Shown in pieces: positions 13,401-25,896 of a DNA stretch of 64,000 bases. The stretch spans positions 8,618,001 through 8,682,000 of the forward strand of contig OX597838.1 of NCBI GenBank assembly GCA_951406725.2, written 5' to 3'. Numbering within the stretch: position 1 is the first letter of the stretch; every line of letters starts with the position of its first letter. The translations under genes were made by a program, and so were the position numbers. The notes beneath the pieces were generated by a model. It made no database searches. It saw only the letters and a program-made list of their open reading frames with translations, and was not told the DNA's origin. Source of the stretch: Octopus vulgaris (Eukaryota).

Positions 13401-13729
13401 TGTATCTTTTACTCCTTTCACTCGTTTCACTGCGGCCATGCTGGGACATCGCCTTGAAAAATTTTTAGTCTAGCAAATTGATCTCAGTCCGATTTGTATT
13501 TCAAAGCCTCGTACTTATTCTATCGGTCTTTTTTGCTGAACCGATAGGTTACGGAGACGTAAACACACCAGCACACAAAAGGAATGTCAACTAAATACAA
13601 AAGTATGTAGTCCTATCTATCGATTACATTTCAATTGTTCGCTTTGCGTATTGAATAAAAGATTTTGAAAATTAAAGGTGTTTATTTACTTCCTGCATGT
13701 CTGTATATATACATATAATCAAAATGTAA

Positions 13730-13920
13730 CCACATGTGAATCGTTGGCGATTTTCTTCCTCCGTCTTCCCTTCTATTGGACTTTCTCTGTTTCCGAAGAA
13801 GAGCGTCTGCTCGAAACGTTAAACCATCTTTCTTTCCTTTCCTGAGCGTCTGCTAATACATTACATATGTACCACGTCCTCACGTTGTTGTTTTTTTTGT
13901 TGTTCTTTTGGGATTTCCTA
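13730..13920 (+). mobile_element. ~190-bp HHR-bearing short element (Penelope pseudo-LTR-like), 3' end at (TA)n
   Basis: HHR 13789-13824 GUUU-CCGAAGA-a-GAGC-gucu-GCUC-GAAACGUU-AAAC; homologous to 51225-51420. Confidence 0.75.
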
Positions 13921-14369
13921 TATATATATATATATATATATATCTTCTGTTGCTCCTCGGATTTTAGGGTACTCGGTTGTTGCACGGCTTTTGGTATTTA
14001 ACTTGATACAAATAGAAATCCCAAAGCGTCGTCTCCGACTCAGATTTTCATTTTCCTTCCATATTGTAGATTCATTTCACTTCTTGGATGGACTCCAATG
14101 TAAAGTAATGCTTCAGTTTCAATTACCTTTTAACATTTTGTTAAAAATTTCGAGATTAAATAATTAAGTTGCTAATGTCAAGAAAGTTGATTTGTATGTG
14201 TAATGAAAATTAATAAATTTAATCAACTTCATAACGGGAAGGATTCAACGGAATCTGCAAAACAGCTTGTTTTATAAGATGGAATTGTGTGAAAAAGGAA
14301 AAGAAACGAAGTGGATAATCAAAACCAGCTTCATCGATGGATCTTTAATAATTTTAAAACACATACCCC

Positions 14370-14433
<64 letters not shown>

Positions 14434-14502
14434 AAACAATAGGGAAAAGCTCTATTATTTTGGACAGGAGATGAAACCCACTACTACAGCAATACATACA
14501 AA

Positions 14503-14600
<98 letters not shown>

Positions 14601-14709
14601 GTAGTATTGTCGTAGTAGGACTTAGCACTGTCACCCCGTATTTTATTTACGGAGAGCCACTGCTTGTTGCAACTAAGAGTGATCTGTCTCTTGTGTCTGG
14701 TTTCTGTGG

Positions 14710-14741
14710 CTGAAGAGGAGATAACCACTCCGAAATGCATG
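14710..14741 (+). ncRNA. Hammerhead motif with decayed cleavage site
   Basis: CUGAAGA-GGAG-auaacca-CUCC-GAAA-UGCAU-G; palindromic stem III, position 17 is G, weak stem I. Confidence 0.5.
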
Positions 14742-14935
14742 CAACCAACAGTCTAGTAAGAGGGCGCTGTGAGCTTATTCAATGTATTTATACCAATTTG
14801 CCTACAGCGAGAAACTTTCTCCACGACAAGATACTGAGAATCGTTTTCTTACGGGTTGGAATATGCCTGAAGCATGTCTGAACTAGAAATGAATTTGAGT
14901 ATATATATGATATAGTAGAAAACACCTAGATAGAC

Positions 14936-15085
<150 letters not shown>

Positions 15086-15249
15086 AGAGTGGGAGAGAGA
15101 TGTGCTGACTTCTTTTTCTTCAGCATATACACCGAAATATACTTCTATGCCTGCGAGAATGTTTATAATATGCATATATATATATGTGTATATATATATA
15201 TATACATATATACATATATAGATATGTATATATATATATATATATATAT

Positions 15250-15413
15250 ATGACAGGCTTCTTTCTGTTTCCGTGTACCAAATCCACTAACAAGGCTTTG
15301 GTTGGCCCGTGGGTATAGTAGAAGACACTTGCCCAAGGTGCCATACAGTAGGACTGAAACCGGAACCATGTGGATGGTAAGCAAGCTACTAACCACACAG
15401 CCACTCCCGCGCC
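15250..15413 (-). mobile_element. SINE family A 5' half
   Basis: Head GGCGCGGGAGTGGCTGTGTGG on the minus strand; CTTGGGCAAGTGTCTT CORE-like segment. Confidence 0.85.
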
Positions 15414-15433
15414 TTTATACATACATACATACA

Positions 15434-15521
<88 letters not shown>

Positions 15522-15955
15522 CAGAGAGAGATGGAGGGAAGGAGATAAGGGGGGAGAGATAGGGAGAGAAAGTGAGAAACTTTTAAATAAGATACATGGT
15601 AACAATAAATATATATATATTTATGCAAAAAAAAATGAATTTTTTGTGTAGAAAATATATTTATAACGCATTTTCAATATTTTTTATAAAAACCAATTTA
15701 TCGTAAAAATGCAGAAATGATAATATTTGAAGTGAAATTTATGTACATTAAAAACATAAGTGTGAGCATATATTTAGATATGTATATATGTGTGAATATG
15801 TATGTGTGTTCGAGTCTGTGTGTATCTATATATCTACCTATCTACATTTCTATTTTTGTGTGTGCGTGTGTGTGTATGTTTGTGCAGGGAGAGCTAGATC
15901 AATGGATTGTATATATGCGTCTGTATGCAGGTGTGTATGTGTGTGTGTATATCTG

Positions 15956-16006
<51 letters not shown>

Positions 16007-16012
16007 ATGTTT

Positions 16013-16169
16013 AGGCGCAGGCGTGGTTCTTTGGTAAGAAGCTTGCTTCCCAACCACATAGTTGCTGGTTCAGTCCCAAGGCGTGGCACCTTGGGCAATT
16101 GTCTTCTACAATAGCCACGGGTCGACCTTGTAAGTTAACTTGGTAGACGGAAACTGGAAGAAGCCCATC

Positions 16170-16230
<61 letters not shown>

Positions 16231-16420
16231 AGTATATGTGTGTGTGCTTTTCTGTTTGTCCCCTCGCCAGCGCTTGACAACCGATGCTCGTCTGTTTACG
16301 TCCCCGTAACTTAGACCGACAGAATAAGTCTGGAGTTACAAAGAACAAGTCCTGGGGGTCGATCTGTTAGACTAAAAGCGTTGCTCCAGCATGGCTGAAA
16401 CAGATAAAAGAATAAAAGGA
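16013..16420 (+). mobile_element. SINE family A, near full length
   Basis: AGGCGCAGGCGTGG head, GGTTCAGTCCC B box, internal (TA)n, AAAAGAATAAAAG tail. Confidence 0.85.
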
Positions 16421-16670
16421 GGATAAAAGAATGACTATATAGGCGCATGCGCAGTTTCCTTTCCAGTCACATTTTTACAAGTTCAGTTATAAGCGACTTC
16501 TCAGTGAATTTGTTCGACGCACACTGAAACAAGCTCGTCGTGTGCATCTGTGTGCATGTATGTATGTATATATGAATGCATGTGCGCATGAGTATATTCA
16601 CGTATGTATGTTTTTATACATATATATATATATATATATGTGTGTGTGTATATATATATATATGTATATA

Positions 16671-16806
<136 letters not shown>

Positions 16807-16817
16807 GTATATATATA

Positions 16818-17106
16818 TAGGAGCACTCCGTCGGTTACGATCAACGGATCAGCTTGCTCGTGAAATTAACGTGCAAGTGGCTGAGTACTCCAGAGACACG
16901 TGTACCCATAACCTACTTCTCAGCGTGACACAGAATGCGACATGGCTGGCCCCTTTTGAATTCCAGTTACAACTCATTGTTGCCAGCTGAGTGGACTGGA
17001 GCAACGGGAAATAAAGTGTCTTGCTCAAGGACACAACGCGTTGCCAGGAATTGAACTCACGACCTTACGATCATGAACCGAACGCCCCTAACCACTAAGC
17101 CACGCG
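16818..17106 (-). mobile_element. SINE family D (tRNA head plus V/CORE-like domain)
   Basis: Minus strand: A box TGGCTTAGTGG, B box GAGTTCAATTCC, TGTGTCCTTGAGCAAGACACTT; related fragments at ~22515 and ~45625. Confidence 0.8.
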
Positions 17107-17128
17107 ATTTCACTATATATGTGTGTGT

Positions 17129-17180
<52 letters not shown>

Positions 17181-17385
17181 ATATTTACTCTTTTACTCGC
17201 TTCAGGCATGCGGTTATGGTCATGCTGGAGCACCACCGCGGTTCTGGTTTCCTCAGTCTGGGGGTGTATGTGCTTCTGTCCCAGCTGTTGGCCCTTTTCT
17301 TGTATAAGGGAGTTTGATTCCGCTGCCCTCGTCTGCACCTCATGTCGGGCTGTTGGTTCATCCGGTAATATATCTATTTATCTAC

Positions 17386-17455
<70 letters not shown>

Positions 17456-17617
17456 TTGTTGTGCATTCATTATGGAGAGTTTGACCACCTCGTCCTGTAA
17501 CTACACCTTAGAACCATCATGGCATTTGATGTGGCTTTTTAAACCAATGTTTTCAAAAGACACCCACGTAGGTTGCATATCCGATTTGGATCACAAAGAG
17601 CCGCAGATATATACATA

Positions 17618-17889
17618 TGTGCATGTATATATGTATGTATTTGATTTAAAGTACGGGTGAATGAGCGAATGTATGTACGTATATATATGTATATATGAAT
17701 GCATGTATGAGGGCATGTGCGCATGCGTATATTGACACATAAACTAGTACACATACATGTATATAACGAAGTGTCAATATACGCATGCGCACATGCCCTC
17801 ATACATGCATTCATATTTACATATATGTGTACATACATTCGCTCATTCACCCGTACTTTAAATCAAATACATATATATATACATGCACA
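17618..17889. repeat. Long inverted repeat, ~120-bp arms with 32-bp spacer
   Basis: 17618-17738 is the reverse complement of 17771-17889, including non-microsatellite sequence TTGATTTAAAGTACGGGTGAATGAGCGAATG. Confidence 0.9.
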
Positions 17890-17969
17890 CACACACATAC
17901 ACACACACATACCTACATACATGCATACATGCATACATACATATCTATGTGTATATGTTTATGTCTGTG

Positions 17970-18112
17970 TTTGTCCCCGTAACATAGCGGTTCAACAAAA
18001 GTCACCGATAGAATAAGCACTAAGGTTTACAAAGAAAAGGTTCTGGGGTCGATTTGCTCGACTAAAGGCAGTGCTCCAGCATGGACGCAGTCAAATGACT
18101 GAAACAAGTAAA

Positions 18113-18186
<74 letters not shown>

Positions 18187-18564
18187 CTCTTTACTCTTTT
18201 ACTCTTTTACTTATTTCAGTCATTTGACTGCGGCCATGCTGGGGCACCGCCTTTAGTCGAGCAAATCGACCCCGGGTCTTATTCTTTGTAAGCCCGGTAC
18301 TTATTCTATCGGTCTCTTTTGCCGAACCGCTAAGTGACGGGGACGTAAACACACCAGCATCGGTTATCAAGCAATGCTAGGTGGACAAACACAGACACAC
18401 AAACACACACACATACATATATATTTATATACATATATACGACAGGCTTCTTTCAGTTTCCGTCTACCAAATCCACTCACAAGGCATTGGTCAGCCCGGG
18501 GTTATAGCAGAAGACACTTGCCCAAGATGCCACGCAGTGGGACTGAACCCGGAACCATGTGGTT

Positions 18565-18566
<2 letters not shown>
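17970..18566. mobile_element. Tail-to-tail pair of SINE family A copies (17970-18115 +, 18186-18566 -)
   Basis: Both match the 43472 copy, in opposite orientation. Confidence 0.88.
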
Positions 18567-18634
<68 letters not shown>

Positions 18635-18780
18635 TTATATATATACATGTGTGTCTATGTATACGCACCGGTATTTATGTTAGTTTTTATGTAGAATTAT
18701 AATGGAATTTTACTTTGAACTGAGGGATTACTCATTGGACTTTGCAGAGTACATTTTTTTTTTACAAGTATATTGTTGAA

Positions 18781-18853
18781 AGTAACTTCGAAAGTTTCGG
18801 CTTCTTTAGCCAGTTCGATGAAGGCTATGTAAGCCAAAACTTTGGAAGTTACT
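18781..18853. repeat. Inverted repeat built from hammerhead-like halves
   Basis: 31-bp arms with 4 mismatches; + strand UCGAUGA-a-GGCU..AGCC-AAAAC, - strand GGCU..AGCC-GAAAC. Confidence 0.6.
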
Positions 18854-19018
18854 GTCAAGACTATTCGTATTCATATGACTGCATATGAGTTCATACGTGT
18901 GTTTGTGTTTGTGTGCGTGTGTATGTGTCTGTGTGTCTGTGTATCTGTGTGTTTCGTTGCGAGATTGAACCCGGGCACCTGCTATTGTAAATGGAATTTC
19001 TAAAGTGGAAAGGCATAT

Positions 19019-19073
<55 letters not shown>

Positions 19074-19145
19074 CACACAAATTACATACGTAAATACACA
19101 CATATTTATAACAATGGTTTCAATATTTATAACAATAATAATAAC

Positions 19146-19225
<80 letters not shown>

Positions 19226-19227
19226 TG

Positions 19228-19441
19228 ATTTCAAAATTTGCCACAAAGGCAACCATTTTGGGAGAGGGGATGAGTCGATTACATCGATCCCAGTGCGTAA
19301 CTGGTACTTAATTTATCGACCCCGAAAGGATGAAAGGCAAAGTCGACCTCGCCGGAATTTGAACTCAGAACATAGAGGCAGACGAAATACCGCTAAGCAT
19401 TTCGCCCGGCATGCTAACGGTTCTGCCAGCTCGCCGCCTTA

Positions 19442-19529
<88 letters not shown>

Positions 19530-19664
19530 TCTTTTCTATTCTAGGCACAAGGCCCGAAATTTTGGGGGAGGGGGCTAGTCGATTAGATCGGCCCCAGTAC
19601 GCAACTTGTACTTAATTTATCGACCCCGAAAGGATGAAAAGCAGAGTCGACCTCGGCGGAATTT
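19228..19664 (-). mobile_element. Two SINE family B copies in (TAA)n (19228-19440 complete, 19530-19664 5'-truncated)
   Basis: GGCGGCGAGCTGGCAGAA head; GTCGACTTTGCCTTTCATCCTTTCGGGGTCGATAAA Meta-like core. Confidence 0.88.
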
Positions 19665-20329
19665 CAAGAAGAAGAAGAAGAAGAAGAAGAAGAAGAAGAA
19701 GAAGAAGAAGAAGAAGAAGAAGAAGAAGAAGAAAAATATTAATAATAACAATAATATTAATAATAATAATAACAACAACAACAATAAGCATAATAATGCT
19801 TTTGTGAAGTCCGAAGACCGTGAACTGGGAATCGAACTCACAAACGCGACCTTCGCCCTCCGTCAACGAGCGCAGACGAGTTGCTTCAATTCCAGATCCA
19901 ATTATACCAATCACTGCACTTGTATGTTTAACCATATGATCACGTGCTCTGGACGTAAAGGTGGAGGAGGGGGGGAGGGAGTTCACCCCCCACCCCACCC
20001 TCTACCCATACGCCACCGACGTACCCCCCCCCCCGTTAGTGCTTGCTTACCTCTTCCTTCTCCCGCAGCCTCCTCGCTATCTCTCTATCCATCGCCTTCT
20101 CCCTCTCTCTATCTCCTCCCTCTCTCTATATATATATCTCTGTCTCTCTCTCTCTCTCTCGCTCTCTGTGTGTGTGTCAGTCCAGCTATGTATGTAGTTA
20201 TATCATTTACTTTGCTGTTACCTAGCGCTGTTTTGCTAATTTGCATACGCTTCTCTTTCGCCATACATGCAGTTAATACGAGTGCACAGCGGGGAATTAA
20301 TACACACACACACACACACACATGCATAC

Positions 20330-20350
20330 ACACACACGCATACACACACA

Positions 20351-20394
<44 letters not shown>

Positions 20395-20503
20395 CAGAAA
20401 ATTATAAAATATAGATACACTTGCATGTACATAAATATGTGTGTATATATATATATATATATATGTTTGTGTGTTTGTGTGTGTTTATATGTATAAAGAC
20501 ACA

Positions 20504-20578
<75 letters not shown>

Positions 20579-20620
20579 TCAGATATTTATAAAATATAGA
20601 TATACATTCATGTACATAAA

Positions 20621-20671
<51 letters not shown>

Positions 20672-20790
20672 ATGTTTGTGTGTCTGTGTGTTTGTATGTA
20701 TAAAGGCACACACACACACACATACACACACACACACACGCACACGCACACACACACACACTCACACACACGCACACACACATTGTATTT
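20330..20790. repeat. Tandem duplication, ~185-bp unit in (CA)n/(TA)n
   Basis: AGGTTCAGA.A.TT.TAAAATATAGATA.A.T..ATGTACATAAAT recurs at ~20390 and ~20575. Confidence 0.75.
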
Positions 20791-21028
20791 AAATAAGAAT
20801 ATATTCAACGCAGACATGCACACACTTAAAGTTTAGCAGCTCCCACCGACGGACACACAGACACACAGACACACACAGACACACACAGAACATATGTATC
20901 CACATAGAAGCACGTGTGTCTGTATATGTGAGATTTGAAGGATGTGCTTGTGTGCGTGTGTGTGACTTGTGTGAGCATGGACGATAGATGTGATGTATAG
21001 TTATCTATATATATATATATAATATATG

Positions 21029-21072
<44 letters not shown>

Positions 21073-21145
21073 CTCTTTACTCTTTTACTCTTTTACTTAT
21101 TTCAGTCTTTGCTGTGTCTGTGTGTCTGTGTGTGTGTGTGTATGT

Positions 21146-21191
<46 letters not shown>

Positions 21192-21822
21192 TTGTGAAAG
21201 TTCATTTCGTAACCTCGGTGTCCCGGGTTCAGTACCAGAGCATGCGATAGTCCTGGGCTAACCAAAAGCCCTGTGTGTGGATTTTCTGGTTGATGGTTGA
21301 CGGAAACTGTGTGAAGCTTTGTCATGTGTACGTGTGTGCATGTGTTGCGTGTGTGTGTATATATATATGTTCAAGTATATATGTTGTACATATATACATA
21401 CATATGTGAATATATATATATATATATATATATACATACAATATCATGTGAGATGTAGTTATGTATGCATGTATGCATGTACGTTTGTAAATACATACAT
21501 ATGTACATATATATATGTAAATATATATAAGTACGTATGAAAGTATGTATGTATTGTATGCATGTATGTATGTGTATGTATGTACGTAAGTATTGTATGT
21601 ATATATGTATGTATATATGTATGTGTGTATGTATATTCGAGTACGTGTGTATGTATGTATGTCTTTATACTTTCCCCCACTCTACGCCAAAGCGTGTCTC
21701 CGTGACTTTGCTGTTCGTGAAGAGACAAACCAATTTGTTCGATTGAATCCTTTCAAGGTTGTGCCCCAGCATGGGCGCTGTCAAATGACTGAAAAATTAA
21801 AGAAAAAAGGATAAAATAACCC

Positions 21823-21855
<33 letters not shown>

Positions 21856-21906
21856 TTAATCGGTTGTCAAGCGATGGTAGTGGGGACAAACACAGACACA
21901 CAAACA

Positions 21907-21944
<38 letters not shown>

Positions 21945-22061
21945 TTACTTGGAGAAGAGAAACGACGCGTGCGTTCGGTCATATAATAACAATATAATAA
22001 ATAAATAAAATATATGCATATATACATACATATATGTACATACTTACATCCATATGTATAT

Positions 22062-22115
<54 letters not shown>

Positions 22116-22118
<3 letters not shown>

Positions 22119-22510
22119 TATAGGACACCACAAATAAACGTAGAACACAACGAGAACGAAAACATAAAATCAAACAAGGAAACGGACTTTTTTAACAACG
22201 AAAAAACAGAGTACAGGTCAAACAATACAAGGAAAATTCCCCTTCATCAGCTGCCCCTGGTTCGACTCAATGCGTGTTTCGAAGGTAAGGGCAGAACACG
22301 GCCAGACCGAAGCAGTCCTTCCTGCAAAAGGAATTAAGTAAAATTATTTTGCAGAGGGGTAAAACAAGTGACAAGAACAGGACGTAAAAGCAATACAAAT
22401 GAAGAAAAAACAGTAGAAAAAACAGTACAAATAAAGAATAACAGGACAGGGAACCAACAATAAGGGCTTTTTTTAAGGCCTAGACGGTGGAAAAATTAGA
22501 ACGCATGTGA
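22116..22510 (-). mobile_element. Short U-rich element carrying a non-circularly permuted hammerhead (22230-22321)
   Basis: Minus strand: GAAGG..CGUG-UU-CUGCCC-uua-CCUUC-GAAA-CACG..GGGCAG-CUGAUGA; abuts (TA)n. Confidence 0.75.
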
Positions 22511-22652
22511 AAAATCACGTGTCTGTGGAGTACTCAGCCACTTGCACTCTGATCTTCCTCCCTCAGTCCAGCTATCTCCCACTCCTCCTCTCTCAGTTAC
22601 GGAGTCACCACGATATGTGTGTGTGTGTGTGTGTGTGTACATAAAATGTATA

Positions 22653-23040
22653 TACTCTTTTACTCTTTTACTTGTTTCAGACATTTGACTGCGGCCATGC
22701 TGGAGCACCGCCTTTAATCGAGCAACTCAATCCCGGGCACTTATTCTTTTGTAAGCCCAGTACTTATTCTATCGCTATCTTTTGCCGAACCAAGCAAGTG
22801 ACGGCAACGTAAACACACCAGCATCGGTTGTCAAGCAATGCTAGGGGGACAAACACAGACACATATACATATATATACGACGGGCTTCTTTCAGTTTCCG
22901 TCTACCAAATCCACTCACAAGGCTTTGGTCGGCCCGAGGCTATAGTAGAAGACACTTGCCCAAGATGCCACGCAGTGGGACTGAACCCGGAACCATGTGG
23001 TTGGTAAGCAAGCTACAAACACACAGCCATTCCTGCGCCT
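22653..23040 (-). mobile_element. SINE family A, full length
   Basis: Complete head-to-tail match to 43472-43886. Confidence 0.92.
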
Positions 23041-23399
23041 AATTCACTAATCCCTAAACACACACACACATACTCACGAACCTACAGATACATATGCACA
23101 CACATGCACACATATATACACATACACACAAACTCACACATACATGGAAAGACTCACATACAGACACACACATTCACGCACTCATATACACAAACAACAA
23201 CGCTCGCGCGACATGCGCATGCACGTACAGAGTATAGCTTGAATGCATTTCGCGTCAGTTTCCGCCAAATTGTTCACAAATGACTCTCCCCAGACACAAT
23301 AAAATATGCTTCAACACACAAATTCACATAAAGAATCTTGCAAACAAAATACAAAAACGAAATATATATGTGTGTGTGTCTGCGTGCGTGTGTGTGTGT

Positions 23400-23860
23400 G
23401 TGTGTGTGTATGTGTGTGTGTGTATGTATGTATGTATTCGTATAGCGTATGTGTGCGCTATGTACGTGTGCGCGAGCGTGTGCATGTGTGTGTATGTGTG
23501 TGTGTGTGTCTATGTATGTATGTATTCATATAGCGTATGTGTGCGCTATGTACGTGTGCGCGAGCGTGTGCATGTGTGTGTGTATGTGTGTGTGTGTGTA
23601 TGTATGTATTCGTATAACAAATGTGTGCGCTATGTACGTGTGTGCGAGTGTGTGCATGTGTGTTTGTATGTGTGTGTGTATGTGTGTGTGTGTGTATGTA
23701 TGTATTCGTATAACATATGTGTGCGCTATGTACGTGTGTGCGAGTGTGTGCATGTGTGTGTGTATGTGTGTGTGTGTGCATGTATGTATTCGTATAGCAT
23801 GTGTGTGCGATATGTACGTGTGTGCAAGCGTGTGCATGTGTGTGTGTGTGTGTGTGTGTG
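23400..23860. repeat. Compound minisatellite, 5 units of ~83-97 bp
   Basis: TATTC.TATA.C..ATGTGTGCG.TATGTACGTGTG recurs near 23435, 23523, 23607, 23703 and 23787. Confidence 0.85.
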
Positions 23861-23889
23861 CGTGTATGTGGTGTGTGCATGTGTGTGTG

Positions 23890-24200
23890 TGTATTCTTTA
23901 CAGCCTTGGTCCTGTTATTTCTCGTGGACAGCCATGATGGACGGACTGGTGACTTTGGTGCAGAAACCACAGAGGCTGCGCAGAAGAGTTACACGTTCTC
24001 ACCCAATTGGCAGACACGGAAGGTTCAGTTACGACAGAACCTTTAGAATGGGAACGTAGGCATGGTGTACCTAATCTATGGGAGCGAGTGACCCCTATTC
24101 TTTGTTAGGGCATCGCACCAAGAGAAGGAAAACTCTGGTGTAAAATTTCCTGCGACTCAGCGACAGCCAATGATGTTGTCTAGTCCTTCGTTTTCTCTCA
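23890..24200 (+). mobile_element. Degenerate RTE-like 5'-leader fragment
   Basis: GTTAGGGCATC..AGAGAAGGAAAACTC and downstream ACTCAGCG..ATGATGTTG align with 27462-27550. Confidence 0.5.
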
Positions 24201-24476
24201 TCGTTGTTCAGAGTGGTGGGCTTCCTCGTAGTTTCCTGTTACTAAATTCAGTCACAAGACAATGATCGGCACGAGGCGGTGCCCAGGGTGCCACACTAGG
24301 GGACTAAACCCAAAACGACGTCATTGCGATGCGACTTCCTTGACCCCAAAGCTCTGCTTGCGCCTGTGTAACTATGAGAACGAAGGTGTATAACAAGGGG
24401 TTCTCAACCATTCTTTATCTATGGACCCCTTTGACTGCTATTTCATTCTAGTGGACCCCACCCCTCCCAGTGTGTA

Positions 24477-24702
24477 GGGCGGCGAGCTGGCACAATCGTT
24501 AGCAAAAATACTTTGTGGTATTTCGTCCGCCGCTGCATTCTGAGTTCAAATTGCGCCGAGGTCGACTTTGCCTTTTCATCCTCTCGGGGTCGATTAAATT
24601 AAGTACCAGTTACACACTGGGGTCGATGTAATCGACATAATCCATTTGTCTATCCTTGTTTGTCCTCTCTGTGTTTAGCCCCTTGTGGGTAGTAAAAGAA
24701 AT
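24477..24702 (+). mobile_element. SINE family B, full length
   Basis: GGCGGCGAGCTGGCA head, GAGTTCAAAT B box, Meta-like core, GGGTAGTAAAAGAAATA tail. Confidence 0.88.
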
Positions 24703-24781
24703 AAGTGTGTATGCGTTTATGTGCGTGTGCACGCGCGCGTGTATGTGTATGTGTGTATATGTATTTATTATGTGTTTGTAT

Positions 24782-25575
24782 ATACAAGTTGCAATCCAGA
24801 TAAAAAATTTTTTTCCAGCAGAAACTTTTATTAATTTCAAAAAGATGCAAAATTCTAATCTTCCAAATCGCATCCTCTGACTTCAATGTATCTGTTGTGA
24901 CGCTGCAGCCACTTTGTGAAGGCCTCCATGGAAGTCCTTGAAAGTTAAGGGCTCAGCACCCCTTAACTCCTGAGGTTCTCATTAAGCTTGGGGAACAACC
25001 AAAGGCACAGAAAAAAAAGAGATCTGGACCCTATGGAGGGTGAGGGACAGTTCTGGTGCTCACATCTGGAATCGTGACAAGCAGTGTTTAACAGGATGTA
25101 TTCAAAGCGCTGTTACAGAGCCGTCTCCTTCAATCTGAAATAAACAAGTTTGGCGGTTAGCAGGTCAGCTTATCTTTATATATAAAAGTGAGGTTGTGTG
25201 CTGTCTGTCTCCTACGATTTAGATTCCTAACTACTCCCACATTTTGCGGTGCAGTTTAACCAAAAGCGGGTATCTTATAGTCGTGATTCATACCGAGCCC
25301 GTCTGGGTATTAGCGTGCGTCTACGATGAGTCTACGATTTAAAAAAAAATTTACCAACAATTTTTCTCATTTTTAATGCATTTTTTTGCTATTATATAAG
25401 GAAAGTAACTCTCTAAAAATGCTTATATAGTTATTTCCCTTACAAACCCGAGCAACGCCGGGCGATACTGCTAGTTTCATATATAGTATTGATATACTAT
25501 AATTGCAATAATCTAGAACAGCTATAACTGGTTCTCCTAAGCGAAAGTCTCAAAACTTCTGAATGCCTCTCCTGT
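24782..25575 (-). mobile_element. Mariner-family DNA transposon remnant (internally deleted), hosting a Helitron
   Basis: Minus strand VPHPP*GPDL..WLFPKLNENLRS (YSPDL motif) and AFTKWLQRHNRYIEVRGCDLED* C-terminus; decayed TIR-like ends. Confidence 0.75.
25173..25474 (+). mobile_element. Non-autonomous Helitron, 302 bp, complete ends
   Basis: A|TCTTTATATATAAAAG 5' end, subterminal hairpin CCCGAGCAACGCCGGG (25447-25462), CTAG|T 3' end, no TSD. Confidence 0.9.
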
Positions 25576-25844
25576 GTTTGTCTATGTGTGTGTGTGTGTG
25601 TATGTGTGTGCGTGTATGTGTGTGTGTGTGTGTGTGTGTTATGTGTATGTGTATGTATGTATTCGTATAGCATGTGTGTGTGTACGTGTACGTGTGCGGT
25701 GTGTGGATGCAATGTTGTATGACTGTGTGTATTCGCATACCTATGTGTGCGATGTGTGCATTTCGTGTCGAGACGTGTGTGTGTGCATGTGTATCTGTGT
25801 CGTGCATGTGTGTGTGTTGTATGTGTGTGTGTGTGTGTGTGTGT

Positions 25845-25896
<52 letters not shown>

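Noticed and set aside
17455-17606. C2H2-like GLKSHIKCH peptide on the minus strand
   Set aside because: Frameshifted and short; probably a LINE C-terminal scrap, too weak to annotate
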